Positions 24,939-33,313 are shown, counted from the stretch's first letter. The stretch is DNA of 46,261 nt from Thermoplasmata archaeon (GCA_030039715.1 JASHVA010000033.1:1-46261); one strand, 5' to 3'. Numbers and translations are program-made. The notes: generated from the sequence alone by a model not told the origin.

Positions 24939-25967
24939 CTAGTGGTGCCCCTCGCCGGGCTTCGAGGGGAACCGTCCCGAGTAGGAGGCGACCACGGCCA
25001 CGAGGACCCCGATGCCGAGGAGCCCGACCGAGCCGAAGAGCACCCACGTCTCCACGATCGCGGTCGACGGCGGAGCGACCGGCGCGGGCGGCGGGACGCC
25101 GACGTACAGCTCGCCCGTCATGCCGTTCGCGAAGTGGCCCGGTATCGTGCAGATGTACTGGTAGACCCCGGCGTGTCGCACCGTGAAGTTCGCCCAGGTC
25201 GTGGTCCCGACACCGGAGCCGACCGCCTGGTTCACGAACGGGGCGTTCGTCGTGAAGGTGTCCGTGAAGTTCGCCGGAGAGAGCGTGTAGTTCGAGAGCG
25301 AAGAGACCGTGAACGTGTGGCCGAGGCTCCCCTGGTTCGTGATCAGCACGTCGATCACGATCGGGTAGTGCGAGGAGTTGGCCGCGAGGACGGCCGGGAC
25401 GAAGGCGTAGCTGTCGGTCGTGTTCTCCATCAGCAGCACGCCCGGACCGGTCGCGGTGAGGTTGACGAAGCCGGACATGCCGGCCTGGAACTGGTAGGGG
25501 ACGACGGAGACGAACTCGAACGACTCGCCGCTCGTGGAGGCGTTGAACGTGACGTTCGCCCAGGCGGTCCCCCCGGGGGCGACGCTGACGTTCGCGAGCG
25601 AGCCGTTCGTCGCGAAGAAGGCGTCCAGCTGCGCCGGCGTCCACGCCGGATCGAGCACGACGTTGGGAACGCGCGAGAGCGTGAAGGTGTGATCGTACGA
25701 CCCGTTGTTGACGAGCTCCACCGACAAGGTCGCGTTCGGGTTCGCGCTGAGCGAGCTCGGAGCGAAGCGGGGCTGGTCGGTCAGGTTGACGGTCGCGCTG
25801 GTGTTCGCCCCTTCGGGGTGGGAGAAGCCCACGAGCGCGGGGCTGGGGAGCGCGCCGAGGGCGGCGGCGGACGGCAATCCCACCGTGGCCAGGAGGAGGC
25901 CGGCGACGAGCCACGGAAGGGCCCGACGCACGGGAGGGGAGAGGCGGCGCGTCCGCACGTCGGTCAC
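24939..25967 (-). CDS. Two-domain cupredoxin, membrane-anchored, heavily sequon-decorated
   Basis: No in-frame ATG. GTG at 25967 gives MTDVRTRRLSPPVRRALPWLVAGLLLATVGL (RR signal). Domain 2 has GHTFTV...CTIPGHFANGM ligands. Domain 1 keeps DHTFTL but has YQFQAGMSG with no Cys. C-terminal TM. 14 N-x-S/T sequons counted. Confidence 0.8.
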   Translation of the reverse strand: MTDVRTRRLSPPVRRALPWLVAGLLLATVGLPSAAALGALPSPALVGFSHPEGANTSATVNLTDQPRFAPSSLSANPNATLSVELVNNGSYDHTFTLSRVPNVVLDPAWTPAQLDAFFATNGSLANVSVAPGGTAWANVTFNASTSGESFEFVSVVPYQFQAGMSGFVNLTATGPGVLLMENTTDSYAFVPAVLAANSSHYPIVIDVLITNQGSLGHTFTVSSLSNYTLSPANFTDTFTTNAPFVNQAVGSGVGTTTWANFTVRHAGVYQYICTIPGHFANGMTGELYVGVPPPAPVAPPSTAIVETWVLFGSVGLLGIGVLVAVVASYSGRFPSKPGEGHH

Positions 25968-26038
25968 GGTGTCCCCTGACGGCGGTCGGACCTGGGGACG
26001 GTTGATATGAGTGTTGTACGAATCGCCCGCCGGTGGGC

Positions 26039-26998
26039 TCACGGGCCACCGGCCGGCGCGGGGGCGCCCGCCGGGGTCGCGGCGGACTCCTCGCCGTCCG
26101 AGACGGAGCGGGCGAGCCACGGACGCTCGCTCGAGCCGGACCAGAACCGTCGCAGGAGCCCCGCGATCTCGGCCGTCATCACGACGGCCGTGACCGAACC
26201 GTACAGGAGGACAGCGGCCACCGCCCCCCCGGTCGCGACCAGCGTGAGTCCGGCGACGGTCATCGCGAGGAACGCGAAGGAGAGGCCGACGAGGAACCCG
26301 AGTTGCTCGAGCCGGACGTCCCGGCGGCGCGCGACGCCGTAGGCGAGGTAGCCGAAGACGGCGCCCATGAGGACGGCCATCGCGACGCCGCCGACGATGG
26401 GGTAGCTCGTCACCCACGGCCCGATGACGGCCGAGGCGGTGAGCGCCGCGAGCGCCCGCCGCTCGAGGCGCGCGAGCGGCGCCCAGGCGACCAGCGCCGC
26501 CATGATCGACGCCATCGACCAGAAGAACCAGACCGAGGAGACGCCGAGCGCGACCGTCGGGACCGTGGCGAGCGGGGTCGACTCCCCTCCAAGAGCGAAC
26601 AGGAACCCCATCAGCACCTCGGAACCCGTGGTCATCACCGCGAGGCCGATCGGCCACGACCAGTCCGCGGGGCGCACGCGGCGGTCCTGGAAGACGATCA
26701 ACCCGATGAACCAGAGGCCCGCCGGGCCCATCATCATGAAGTTGAACGCGAGGAGGACGAACGTCCAGGAGGAGGTGGGGTCGTTCGAAAGGAAGACGAA
26801 GACGAGGGCGAGGAGGAGGACGCTGCCCCCTCCGATCACGGCGAGCGCGAGCGCGAGCTGCGTCACGAGCGGGGGACGGCCGGAGCTCGGCAAGGAGAGC
26901 CCGAAGACGACGATCGTGATCGCGATCATCGAGCCCGCGATCGCCGCGAACGGGGCGAGGGAGGCGTCGACGTCGAGCGGGGGCAGGGGGAAGGGCAC
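26039..26998 (-). CDS. Polytopic integral membrane protein (about 8 TM), unknown family
   Basis: Hydrophobic C-terminal 319 codons of track ORF 26039..27427. GTG at 26998 is preceded by GAGGA. The upstream part of the track ORF is R/P-rich junk antisense to nothing conserved. Confidence 0.65.
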   Translation of the reverse strand: MPFPLPPLDVDASLAPFAAIAGSMIAITIVVFGLSLPSSGRPPLVTQLALALAVIGGGSVLLLALVFVFLSNDPTSSWTFVLLAFNFMMMGPAGLWFIGLIVFQDRRVRPADWSWPIGLAVMTTGSEVLMGFLFALGGESTPLATVPTVALGVSSVWFFWSMASIMAALVAWAPLARLERRALAALTASAVIGPWVTSYPIVGGVAMAVLMGAVFGYLAYGVARRRDVRLEQLGFLVGLSFAFLAMTVAGLTLVATGGAVAAVLLYGSVTAVVMTAEIAGLLRRFWSGSSERPWLARSVSDGEESAATPAGAPAPAGGP

Positions 26999-27060
26999 GG
27001 AGGTCCTCGCGAGGGGGCCAGCGCCACCGCCGCTTTTGGGGGGTCCGTACCGACCGGGAG

Positions 27061-27906
27061 TTACGGCGCCGAAGAGGAGCTCGGGCGGGCGGTGCCGGTA
27101 TCGAAGCGGCGGAGGAGCTGGGTCGTCACTTCGATGAGCGGGTGCTGCGAAGAGTGGTCGATCTCGATGTCGTCGATCGAGTGGAGGTGGTGCTCGGCGG
27201 CGAGGCGCTCGAAGCCGGTCTCGGCGCGGGCGAACTCCTCGGGGCGGTCGCAGGTCAGGACGAACGCCTGCAGCTGCGGGAGGCCCATCTCCCGGGCGGC
27301 GAGGGCGCGGTGGTGGCCGTCCACGAGGATCCAGGCGTCCCCCTTCTGGACGACGAGCACCGGCTCGGCGAGCCCGCGCTCGAGCTCGTAGCGCCGGCCG
27401 GCGAGCTCGTCCTCGAAGACCTTCCACTGCGTCGGCGTGAGCCGCTCCAGCGGGACGAGCCCGCGGTGGAACGAGAACGGGACGCCGTAGCGCTCCGTGA
27501 GCAGGTGGATCAGCGTGTCCGCCTTCGCGGGGGAAGCGCGCTCGAAGTGGGAGCGGACGATGTCGAGGTTCGAGAGGATCCCGCAGAGCCGGCCGTCCGC
27601 GTCGATGATGGGAAGGTCGCGGAGGCCGAAGCGGAACATGATCCGCGCGGCGTCGTCGAGGCCGGTGTCCGGGCTCGCCGTGTACGTCCCCGGCCGGATG
27701 ATCCGGCCGAGCGGCGTCGCGCCCTCCCCGGCGTGCCGGAGGAGCTCCTTCGCGCTCACGAAGCCGACGAGCTTGCCCGAGGCGTCGGTCACGGGGAGGC
27801 CGTGGTGCCGGCTCTTCGTCAGCTGGTGGATCGCGTCGCGGACGGTCGCCGTTTCCTGCAGGTGCTCGACCTCGAGCACCATGTAGTCCTTGACGCGGAC
27901 GATCAT
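27061..27906 (-). CDS. CBS-pair domain fused to a ParB/Sulfiredoxin-like (ParBc) domain
   Basis: Internal ATG at 27906 (MIVRVKDYMVLEVEHLQETATVRDAI..HHGLPVTD..GFVSAKELL ... LRDLPIIDADGRLCGILSNLDIV = two CBS motifs). Then VLVVQKGDAWILVDGHHRALAAREMG, the ParB/Srx DGHHR box. ATGA overlap with the gmhA stop. Confidence 0.85.
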   Translation of the reverse strand: MIVRVKDYMVLEVEHLQETATVRDAIHQLTKSRHHGLPVTDASGKLVGFVSAKELLRHAGEGATPLGRIIRPGTYTASPDTGLDDAARIMFRFGLRDLPIIDADGRLCGILSNLDIVRSHFERASPAKADTLIHLLTERYGVPFSFHRGLVPLERLTPTQWKVFEDELAGRRYELERGLAEPVLVVQKGDAWILVDGHHRALAAREMGLPQLQAFVLTCDRPEEFARAETGFERLAAEHHLHSIDDIEIDHSSQHPLIEVTTQLLRRFDTGTARPSSSSAP

Positions 27907-28496
27907 CGCTCGGAGACCGGTCCCTCGTCGCGGAGGTACGCGGTGAGGAGGTGGAGGAGCGTCACGTGAACGTCCTCGGTGTGCTGCATGCTGTTCGACG
28001 GCACGACGACGGGGACGTCGACCATTCCCTTCAGCTTCCCGCCGCCGATGCCGGTGAGCCCGATCGTCGTCACGCCGATCTCCTTCGCCACCTTGACGGC
28101 CTCGAGGACGTTGGGGGAGTTCCCGCTCCCCGAGATCGCGATCGCGACGTCGCCCGGCTCCGCGAGCACGCGCAGCGGCTCGGCGAAGACGCGCGAGTAG
28201 TCGGCGTCGTTCGCCCACGCCGTCATGCTCGGGACGTTGTCGCTCAGGCTGACGCACTTGATCCGGCGGCCGGGACCGCGGGCCGCGACCTTCGAGAGGT
28301 CCACCACGAAGTGCGCGGCCGTCGAGGCGCTGCCCCCGTTGCCGAAGAAGAACACCGTGCGGCCCGCCGCGCGAGCGCGCACGAGGATCGGAGCGATCGC
28401 CCGCACCGCCTCGAGCACGTACGGCTCGGCGAGCGCCTCGCGCGCCTCCGCGAGGTACCGGCGGGCGTAGGCGTCGACCCCGGGTGCCTCCGTCAT
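27903..28496 (-). CDS. gmhA: SIS-domain phosphoheptose isomerase-like protein
   Basis: Internal ATG at 28496. TVFFFGNGGSASTAAHFVVDL ... AWANDADYSRVFAEPL .. DVAIAISGSGNSPNVLEAV .. GLTGIGGGKL matches the GmhA pattern. Confidence 0.85.
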   Translation of the reverse strand: MTEAPGVDAYARRYLAEAREALAEPYVLEAVRAIAPILVRARAAGRTVFFFGNGGSASTAAHFVVDLSKVAARGPGRRIKCVSLSDNVPSMTAWANDADYSRVFAEPLRVLAEPGDVAIAISGSGNSPNVLEAVKVAKEIGVTTIGLTGIGGGKLKGMVDVPVVVPSNSMQHTEDVHVTLLHLLTAYLRDEGPVSER

Positions 28497-29470
28497 CGGT
28501 GGATCCCCAGAATGCGCGAACCCTCCGAGGTGATGCGCACCGGGAGCCGCGCCATCGGCGAGAGGGCGGCCGCTATTTGATGGCTGCGTTCCGGCGGGTG
28601 GACGAGGAGGAGGAAACCGCCGCCGCCGGCGCCCGTCACCTTTCCGCCGAACGCCCCGGCCTCCTTCGCCGCCGCGAACCGGCGGTCGATCTCGTCGTTC
28701 GTGATCCCCCGGGCGAGCCCGCGCTTCAACTGCCAGCCGGCGTCGAGCACCCGCCCGAGGCGCGCCCAGTCGTGCTCGACGATCGCGCGGCGGGCGTCCC
28801 CGGCGAGCTTCCGCATCTTGAGGAGGGAGTCGACGTTGTCGCCGGTTCGGGAGTCCTGGTCCTTCAGGATCCCCGACGCCTGGCGGGTGATCCCGGTGTA
28901 GAAGAGCGAGAGGTGGTCGCTGAGCGCGTCGCGGTCCGCCGGCGAGAGCGGCAGCGGCGTGACCCGGACCGAATCGTCGGACCGGAACTCGAACTGGTGC
29001 ACCCCGCCGAAGGCGGCGATGTACTGGTCCTGCTTCCCCAGCGTCCCGTGCAGGGTGTCGATCTCGATCCGGCACGCCTCGGCGGCGAGCTCCGCCGGAT
29101 CCTTCAGGACCCCGCGGAAGGCGTAGAGCGCGTTCAGCAGGCCGACCGTGACGGTCGACGAGGAGCCGAGGCCCGTCCCTTCGCCCGGGATGTCGGCGAT
29201 CGTGTGGACCTCGAGGGAGTCCCGGACGTGCGTCGCCCGCATCGCCTCGCGCACGAGCTCGTGCTGGAGGTCCTCGAGGCGGTCGACGTTCTCCGTGCGG
29301 GAGTAGGCGACGCGGATCGACCGGTCGAACTTCTCGTTCACGACGACGTGCACGAACTTGTCGATCGCCGCGCTCACGACCGCGCCCCCGTCGTGGGCGC
29401 GGTAGAACGACGGGAGGTCGGTCCCCCCGCCCGCGAAGCTGACCCTGAGGGGGGTCCGGGTGATGATCAC
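28493..29470 (-). CDS. hddA: GHMP kinase, D-glycero-D-manno-heptose-7-phosphate kinase (HddA)-like
   Basis: GTG at 29470 gives (M)IITRTPLRVSFAGGGTDLPSFY, the COG2605-type N-terminus. GHMP motif PGEGTGLGSSST. C-terminal GAGGGGFLL. ATGA overlap with the gmhA start. Confidence 0.85.
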   Translation of the reverse strand: MIITRTPLRVSFAGGGTDLPSFYRAHDGGAVVSAAIDKFVHVVVNEKFDRSIRVAYSRTENVDRLEDLQHELVREAMRATHVRDSLEVHTIADIPGEGTGLGSSSTVTVGLLNALYAFRGVLKDPAELAAEACRIEIDTLHGTLGKQDQYIAAFGGVHQFEFRSDDSVRVTPLPLSPADRDALSDHLSLFYTGITRQASGILKDQDSRTGDNVDSLLKMRKLAGDARRAIVEHDWARLGRVLDAGWQLKRGLARGITNDEIDRRFAAAKEAGAFGGKVTGAGGGGFLLLVHPPERSHQIAAALSPMARLPVRITSEGSRILGIHR

Positions 29471-29496
29471 GGGAGGACGAGCCGGCGAACGGCCTC

Positions 29497-31449
29497 TTAT
29501 CGGTTTGGAGGGGGGACGGGCGCATCGTCGGGCCGGCCGGTGCCCGGGGAACGGCTCGCGGTCCGGGACCACCGGGCCCGGCGGCCGTAGAACGCGTGGG
29601 TCGTCTGCGCCAGGTGCCCGATCGGCTCGAGCCCGGGGAGGCTCGCCCGGAACGAGGGGGCACGACGGTCGAGGATGATCGCGATCCCGCGGTCGTGCTC
29701 CGAGCGGATCATCCGACCGCACGCCTGCAGGATCGCCCGGGCCGCCGGCGCCTCCACCGTGTACTCCCAGCCCTTCCCGGTCGTCGAGTCGAGGAACCGA
29801 CGGAGCGCCTCGTGCTTCGCGGACGGGCGGGGATACGGGATGCCGACGAGAACCACCGCCTCGAGCTCCTGGTTCGGATAGTCGATCCCTTCGCTCAGCC
29901 GGCCGCCGGCGACCCCGAGGAGGACCGTCCCCTCCGGGTCCTTTTTCCAGCTCTCGATCGAGCGCCAGAGGTCGCCCATCGGCAGCTTGGCGTACTCGAT
30001 GAAGACGTTCGAGGGAAGCTGGGACTGGAGGCCCGACTCGAGCACCCTCTGCATGAGGTCGAAGCTGGGGAAGAACACCGCCGTCTTCACCGGGAGGCAC
30101 TGGAGCACCTCGACCAGCCGGTCGGCGATCCGGGTGATCGCGCGGGGGTCGGAGCGGATCTCCTCGTACCGTGTCGTCACGGTCGGGTCGTAGAGGATCT
30201 TCCGGTGCTCGGGCGGGAAGTGGGAGGGGACGTCGAGGAGCCGGGCGCTTTCGCCGAGCCCGAGGGAGTCGCGGTACTCCTCGAGCGGGGCGAGCGTGCC
30301 GGACATGTGGACGGAGAGATGGCAGTCACGGATCGGCGCCGCGGGCACCGACGCGTCCAGGGAGTACGCCTCGAGCGCGGGTCGCGGGAGCCGCGTCGCG
30401 AGCTTCACGTACCCCGGCGGCTCGAGCTGGGGCCAGGAGAGCAGTGTGAGAGCGACGGTGTGCGCCCACGAGCGGGGAAGGTGGCGCTCCCGCCGACGCT
30501 CCTCCCGCAGGTTCTCGCCCCAGGTGGCGAGCGCTCCGAGCCAGGTGTCGAGACGGTGGCTCGTTCCGCCGAGCGCGGTGAGGAGCGCGTCCTCGAAGAC
30601 GCCCGGGGGCAGCACCGCGTCGTCCTCGCGCGCGAGCGCCTGGATCAGCTCCTCGACCGCCGCCCCCACGATGTCGAAGAACCGGGTCGCGCTCGGGCCG
30701 TCGGGGAGCTGGAAGTCGCCGCGCTCGGCGACCTCGGCGCGGGCGCGGCGGACCGACTCCTGGGGAAGGGCGACGGTCGTGAGCTCGCGGAGATGGTTCG
30801 GCAGGTTGTGCGCCTCGTCGATCACGAGGTCGATGCGCTCGGGCGGGACCCCGAGCCACTGGAACAGCGACCGACGGATGTGGGGATGGAAAAAGAACGC
30901 GTACGGGGCGGTGACGATCCGGGCGTGCGGGACGAGGCGCTTCGCGAGCTCGTACGGACAGAGGTTCTCCTCCCGGCAGAACGACTCGAACTCGGCCGGG
31001 TTCGGCAGCTTCTCGCGGAAGCGATCCTCGAGCCCCTCGAGGTCGGTCTGCAGGACCCGGGCGTAGTACGGGCAGCCGTCGAGGTCGGTGAGGTCGATCT
31101 CCCCGCCCTCGGGGAGCTCGGTCGGGGGGGCGAGCGGCGCCTCCCCCTGCATCGCGCGCTCGGTCGCTCGCTTGCGGTCGGCGCACAACTTGCCGTGCTC
31201 CTCCGCGGTCGCCCCCTTCACTTCTGCGACGTTCTCGAGGAGGAAGCAGCGTCCGGCCCGGCCCTGCAGGCCGATCGCGAGGAACGGACGCTCGAGGCGG
31301 TGGGCGATGGTGCGGGCCTCGTGGAGGACCTGGACCTCCTGGGCGTGCGTGCGGACCAGGTAGAGGATCGTGTGGTCGGCGCGCGTCGCGTGCTCGAGGA
31401 GCGGGGCGAGCGCGGCGACCGTCTTGCCGCTGCCCGTCGGAGCGTTCAC
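29497..31449 (-). CDS. xpd: XPD/Rad3-family (DEAD_2) 5'-3' DNA helicase with FeS-cluster domain; true 5' end probably near 31572
   Basis: NAPTGSGKT Walker A, four Cys (GRCF..CADR..CPYY..CPYE region), DEAHN box. Track start GTG 31449 falls inside the beta-strand before Walker A. The same frame upstream encodes LLFPYRLRPGQESIVREVSALAERGGALL, but no canonical start codon exists there. Confidence 0.9.
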   Translation of the reverse strand: MNAPTGSGKTVAALAPLLEHATRADHTILYLVRTHAQEVQVLHEARTIAHRLERPFLAIGLQGRAGRCFLLENVAEVKGATAEEHGKLCADRKRATERAMQGEAPLAPPTELPEGGEIDLTDLDGCPYYARVLQTDLEGLEDRFREKLPNPAEFESFCREENLCPYELAKRLVPHARIVTAPYAFFFHPHIRRSLFQWLGVPPERIDLVIDEAHNLPNHLRELTTVALPQESVRRARAEVAERGDFQLPDGPSATRFFDIVGAAVEELIQALAREDDAVLPPGVFEDALLTALGGTSHRLDTWLGALATWGENLREERRRERHLPRSWAHTVALTLLSWPQLEPPGYVKLATRLPRPALEAYSLDASVPAAPIRDCHLSVHMSGTLAPLEEYRDSLGLGESARLLDVPSHFPPEHRKILYDPTVTTRYEEIRSDPRAITRIADRLVEVLQCLPVKTAVFFPSFDLMQRVLESGLQSQLPSNVFIEYAKLPMGDLWRSIESWKKDPEGTVLLGVAGGRLSEGIDYPNQELEAVVLVGIPYPRPSAKHEALRRFLDSTTGKGWEYTVEAPAARAILQACGRMIRSEHDRGIAIILDRRAPSFRASLPGLEPIGHLAQTTHAFYGRRARWSRTASRSPGTGRPDDAPVPPPNR

Positions 31450-31666
31450 GAGCAGGGCGCCGCCGCGCTCCGCGAGCGCCGAGACCTCCCGGACGATCGA
31501 CTCCTGACCCGGGCGCAGGCGATACGGGAAGAGGAGGGACGGCTCGGGGGCGGAGGTCGCCGACGGCGTCGTGGGTCCTCTCCTCCCCGAGCGAGCCCCG
31601 GTTCAGGGTTTTAAGATGCGCGTTCAGTGGAACGGTGCGGAGGCCCGTTCGGGACGCCGAAGGCCG

Positions 31667-31984
31667 TCAGCCGTAGGCGTACCGGACGCCGTACGGGCCG
31701 CGCGGCATCGTCCAGGTGACGGAGCCCTGGTCGCAGGCGATGTCGCAGGCGCCACACTCGACACAGTCCTCGTACCGGAAGACGAGCCGACCCTCGATCC
31801 GCTCGTAGCACTTCGCCGGGCAGGCGAACGTGCAGAACGAGTGCGGGCACTTCGCACAGATCTCGGGCTTGACGGTGATGTGGGCGTGGTCCTTCGAGTC
31901 GGTCGAGTAGCGCAGCGTGCCGAGACGACGCTTGATCTCGACGAACTCGACGGGGGTGTCCGGGCTGCTCGCTCCCTCGGCCAT
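31667..31984 (-). CDS. fixX: FixX-type ferredoxin-like protein
   Basis: 105 aa. ..KPEICAKCPHSFCTFACPAKCY....YEDCVECGACDIAC.. and the C-terminal GVRYAYG are typical of FixX. Confidence 0.85.
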   Translation of the reverse strand: MAEGASSPDTPVEFVEIKRRLGTLRYSTDSKDHAHITVKPEICAKCPHSFCTFACPAKCYERIEGRLVFRYEDCVECGACDIACDQGSVTWTMPRGPYGVRYAYG

Positions 31985-31992
31985 CGTCCTTC

Positions 31993-32937
31993 CTATCCCG
32001 GCGCCTTCGCGAGGATCTCGAGGTCCGACCGGACCGCGGCGACGCTCTGGGCGAACGCGCTCCGCTCGGCGGGGGAGAGGTCGACCTCGACGACCCGCTC
32101 GACCCCCTGACGGCCGAGCACGACCGGGACGCCCACGTAGACGTCCTTCTCCCCGAACTCGCCGTTCAGGTGGGCCGCGACGGGAAGGAGACGGTGCGCG
32201 TCCTGCGCGATCGCGAGCACGAGCTCGGCCTGCGAGGCCGTGGGGGCGTAGAAGGCGCTCCCCGTCTTGAGGAGATTCACGATCTCCCCGCCGCCCTGCT
32301 TCGTCCTCTCCACGATCGCCGCGAGGCGGTCGGGCGGAAGCAGCTTCGCGAGCGGGACTCCGCTCACGCTCGAGAGGGAGAGGATCGGCACCATCGTGTC
32401 GCCGTGCGTTCCGAGGACGAAGGCGGTGACGTCCCGGGGTGCCACGTGGAGCGCTTCGGCGACGAACGAACGGAAGCGCCCGGCATCGAGCGTCCCGGAC
32501 TCGCCGAAGACGCGCGCGGGCGGCAGGCCGCTCACCTTGCGGAAGTAGTAGGTCATCACGTCGACCGGGTTCGTCACCACGACGACGACGGCGTTCGGAG
32601 CGTGGGCGCGGACCGCCTCGGCATGGCCGCGGACGATTGCGGCGTTCTTCTCGAGGAGGTCGGAGCGGCTCATCCCCGGCTTCCGAGCGAGGCCGGCCGT
32701 CTCCACGACGACGTCCGCGCCGGCGAGCGCGTCGAGCGACGTCGAACCCGTCACTCGGGTCGAGAAGCCGAGGATCGGCCCGGACTCCTGGATGTCCAGC
32801 GCCTTTCCCTGCGGCAGGCCGTCGACGATGTCGAGCAGAACGACCTCGCGCGCGATGTCGAGCTCGGCGAGGCGCTGGGCGAGCGAACCGCCGATGTTCC
32901 CGGCTCCGAGGACCGCCACCTTCCCGAGCGCGCTCAT
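31993..32937 (-). CDS. mdh: Malate dehydrogenase (LDH-like, NAD-dependent)
   Basis: Internal ATG at 32937. MSALGKVAVLGAGNIGGSLA, GLARKPGMSRSDLL, VVVVTNPVD, GTLDAGRF, GTHGDTMVP. Confidence 0.92.
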   Translation of the reverse strand: MSALGKVAVLGAGNIGGSLAQRLAELDIAREVVLLDIVDGLPQGKALDIQESGPILGFSTRVTGSTSLDALAGADVVVETAGLARKPGMSRSDLLEKNAAIVRGHAEAVRAHAPNAVVVVVTNPVDVMTYYFRKVSGLPPARVFGESGTLDAGRFRSFVAEALHVAPRDVTAFVLGTHGDTMVPILSLSSVSGVPLAKLLPPDRLAAIVERTKQGGGEIVNLLKTGSAFYAPTASQAELVLAIAQDAHRLLPVAAHLNGEFGEKDVYVGVPVVLGRQGVERVVEVDLSPAERSAFAQSVAAVRSDLEILAKAPG

Positions 32938-33061
32938 CTCTCCGTCCCTCGAGCGCGTCCCACGGAGCTCGGGCTTAAATCGGAGCGCCCGAGCACGGTC
33001 GGCGACCCCGAGGCCCGTCGGCCGAAACCTTGATTCTCCGTAGAGGGGGTGCACCCCCGGA

Positions 33062-33313
33062 ATGGTCGACGTCGAATCCGCGCTGCTCAGCGTCCAGGAG
33101 CGGGACAACTGGCGGCGACGGATGGAGGTCCTCGAGCGATCGCTCGAGGACGTGCGCGAACAACGACGCAAGCTCGAGCAGCGGCTCCGACGGGTCCGCA
33201 AGGACCTCGTCCGGCTCCGACAAGCCGCCGAAGCCGTGCTCGACCTCTCCCGTTCGGCCGCTCGACCGGAGTTGATCCGTGCCTCGACGCCTTCTGCCAT
33301 CCACAACCGCTAG
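33062..33313 (+). CDS. Small charged coiled-coil protein, unknown function
   Basis: 83 aa (..WRRRMEVLERSLEDVREQRRKLEQRLRRVRKDLVRLRQ..). SD-like GAGGGGGTG lies 10 nt upstream, within the palindrome GGGGGTGCACCCCC (33045-33058). Confidence 0.5.
   Translation: MVDVESALLSVQERDNWRRRMEVLERSLEDVREQRRKLEQRLRRVRKDLVRLRQAAEAVLDLSRSAARPELIRASTPSAIHNR

Noticed and set aside
27903-30100. Long forms of track ORFs 27903..29663 (586 aa) and 28493..30100 (535 aa)
   Set aside because: Only the C-terminal about 197 aa and about 325 aa match GmhA and the GHMP kinase. The N-terminal extensions overlap neighbouring real genes in other frames and are R/P/G-rich.
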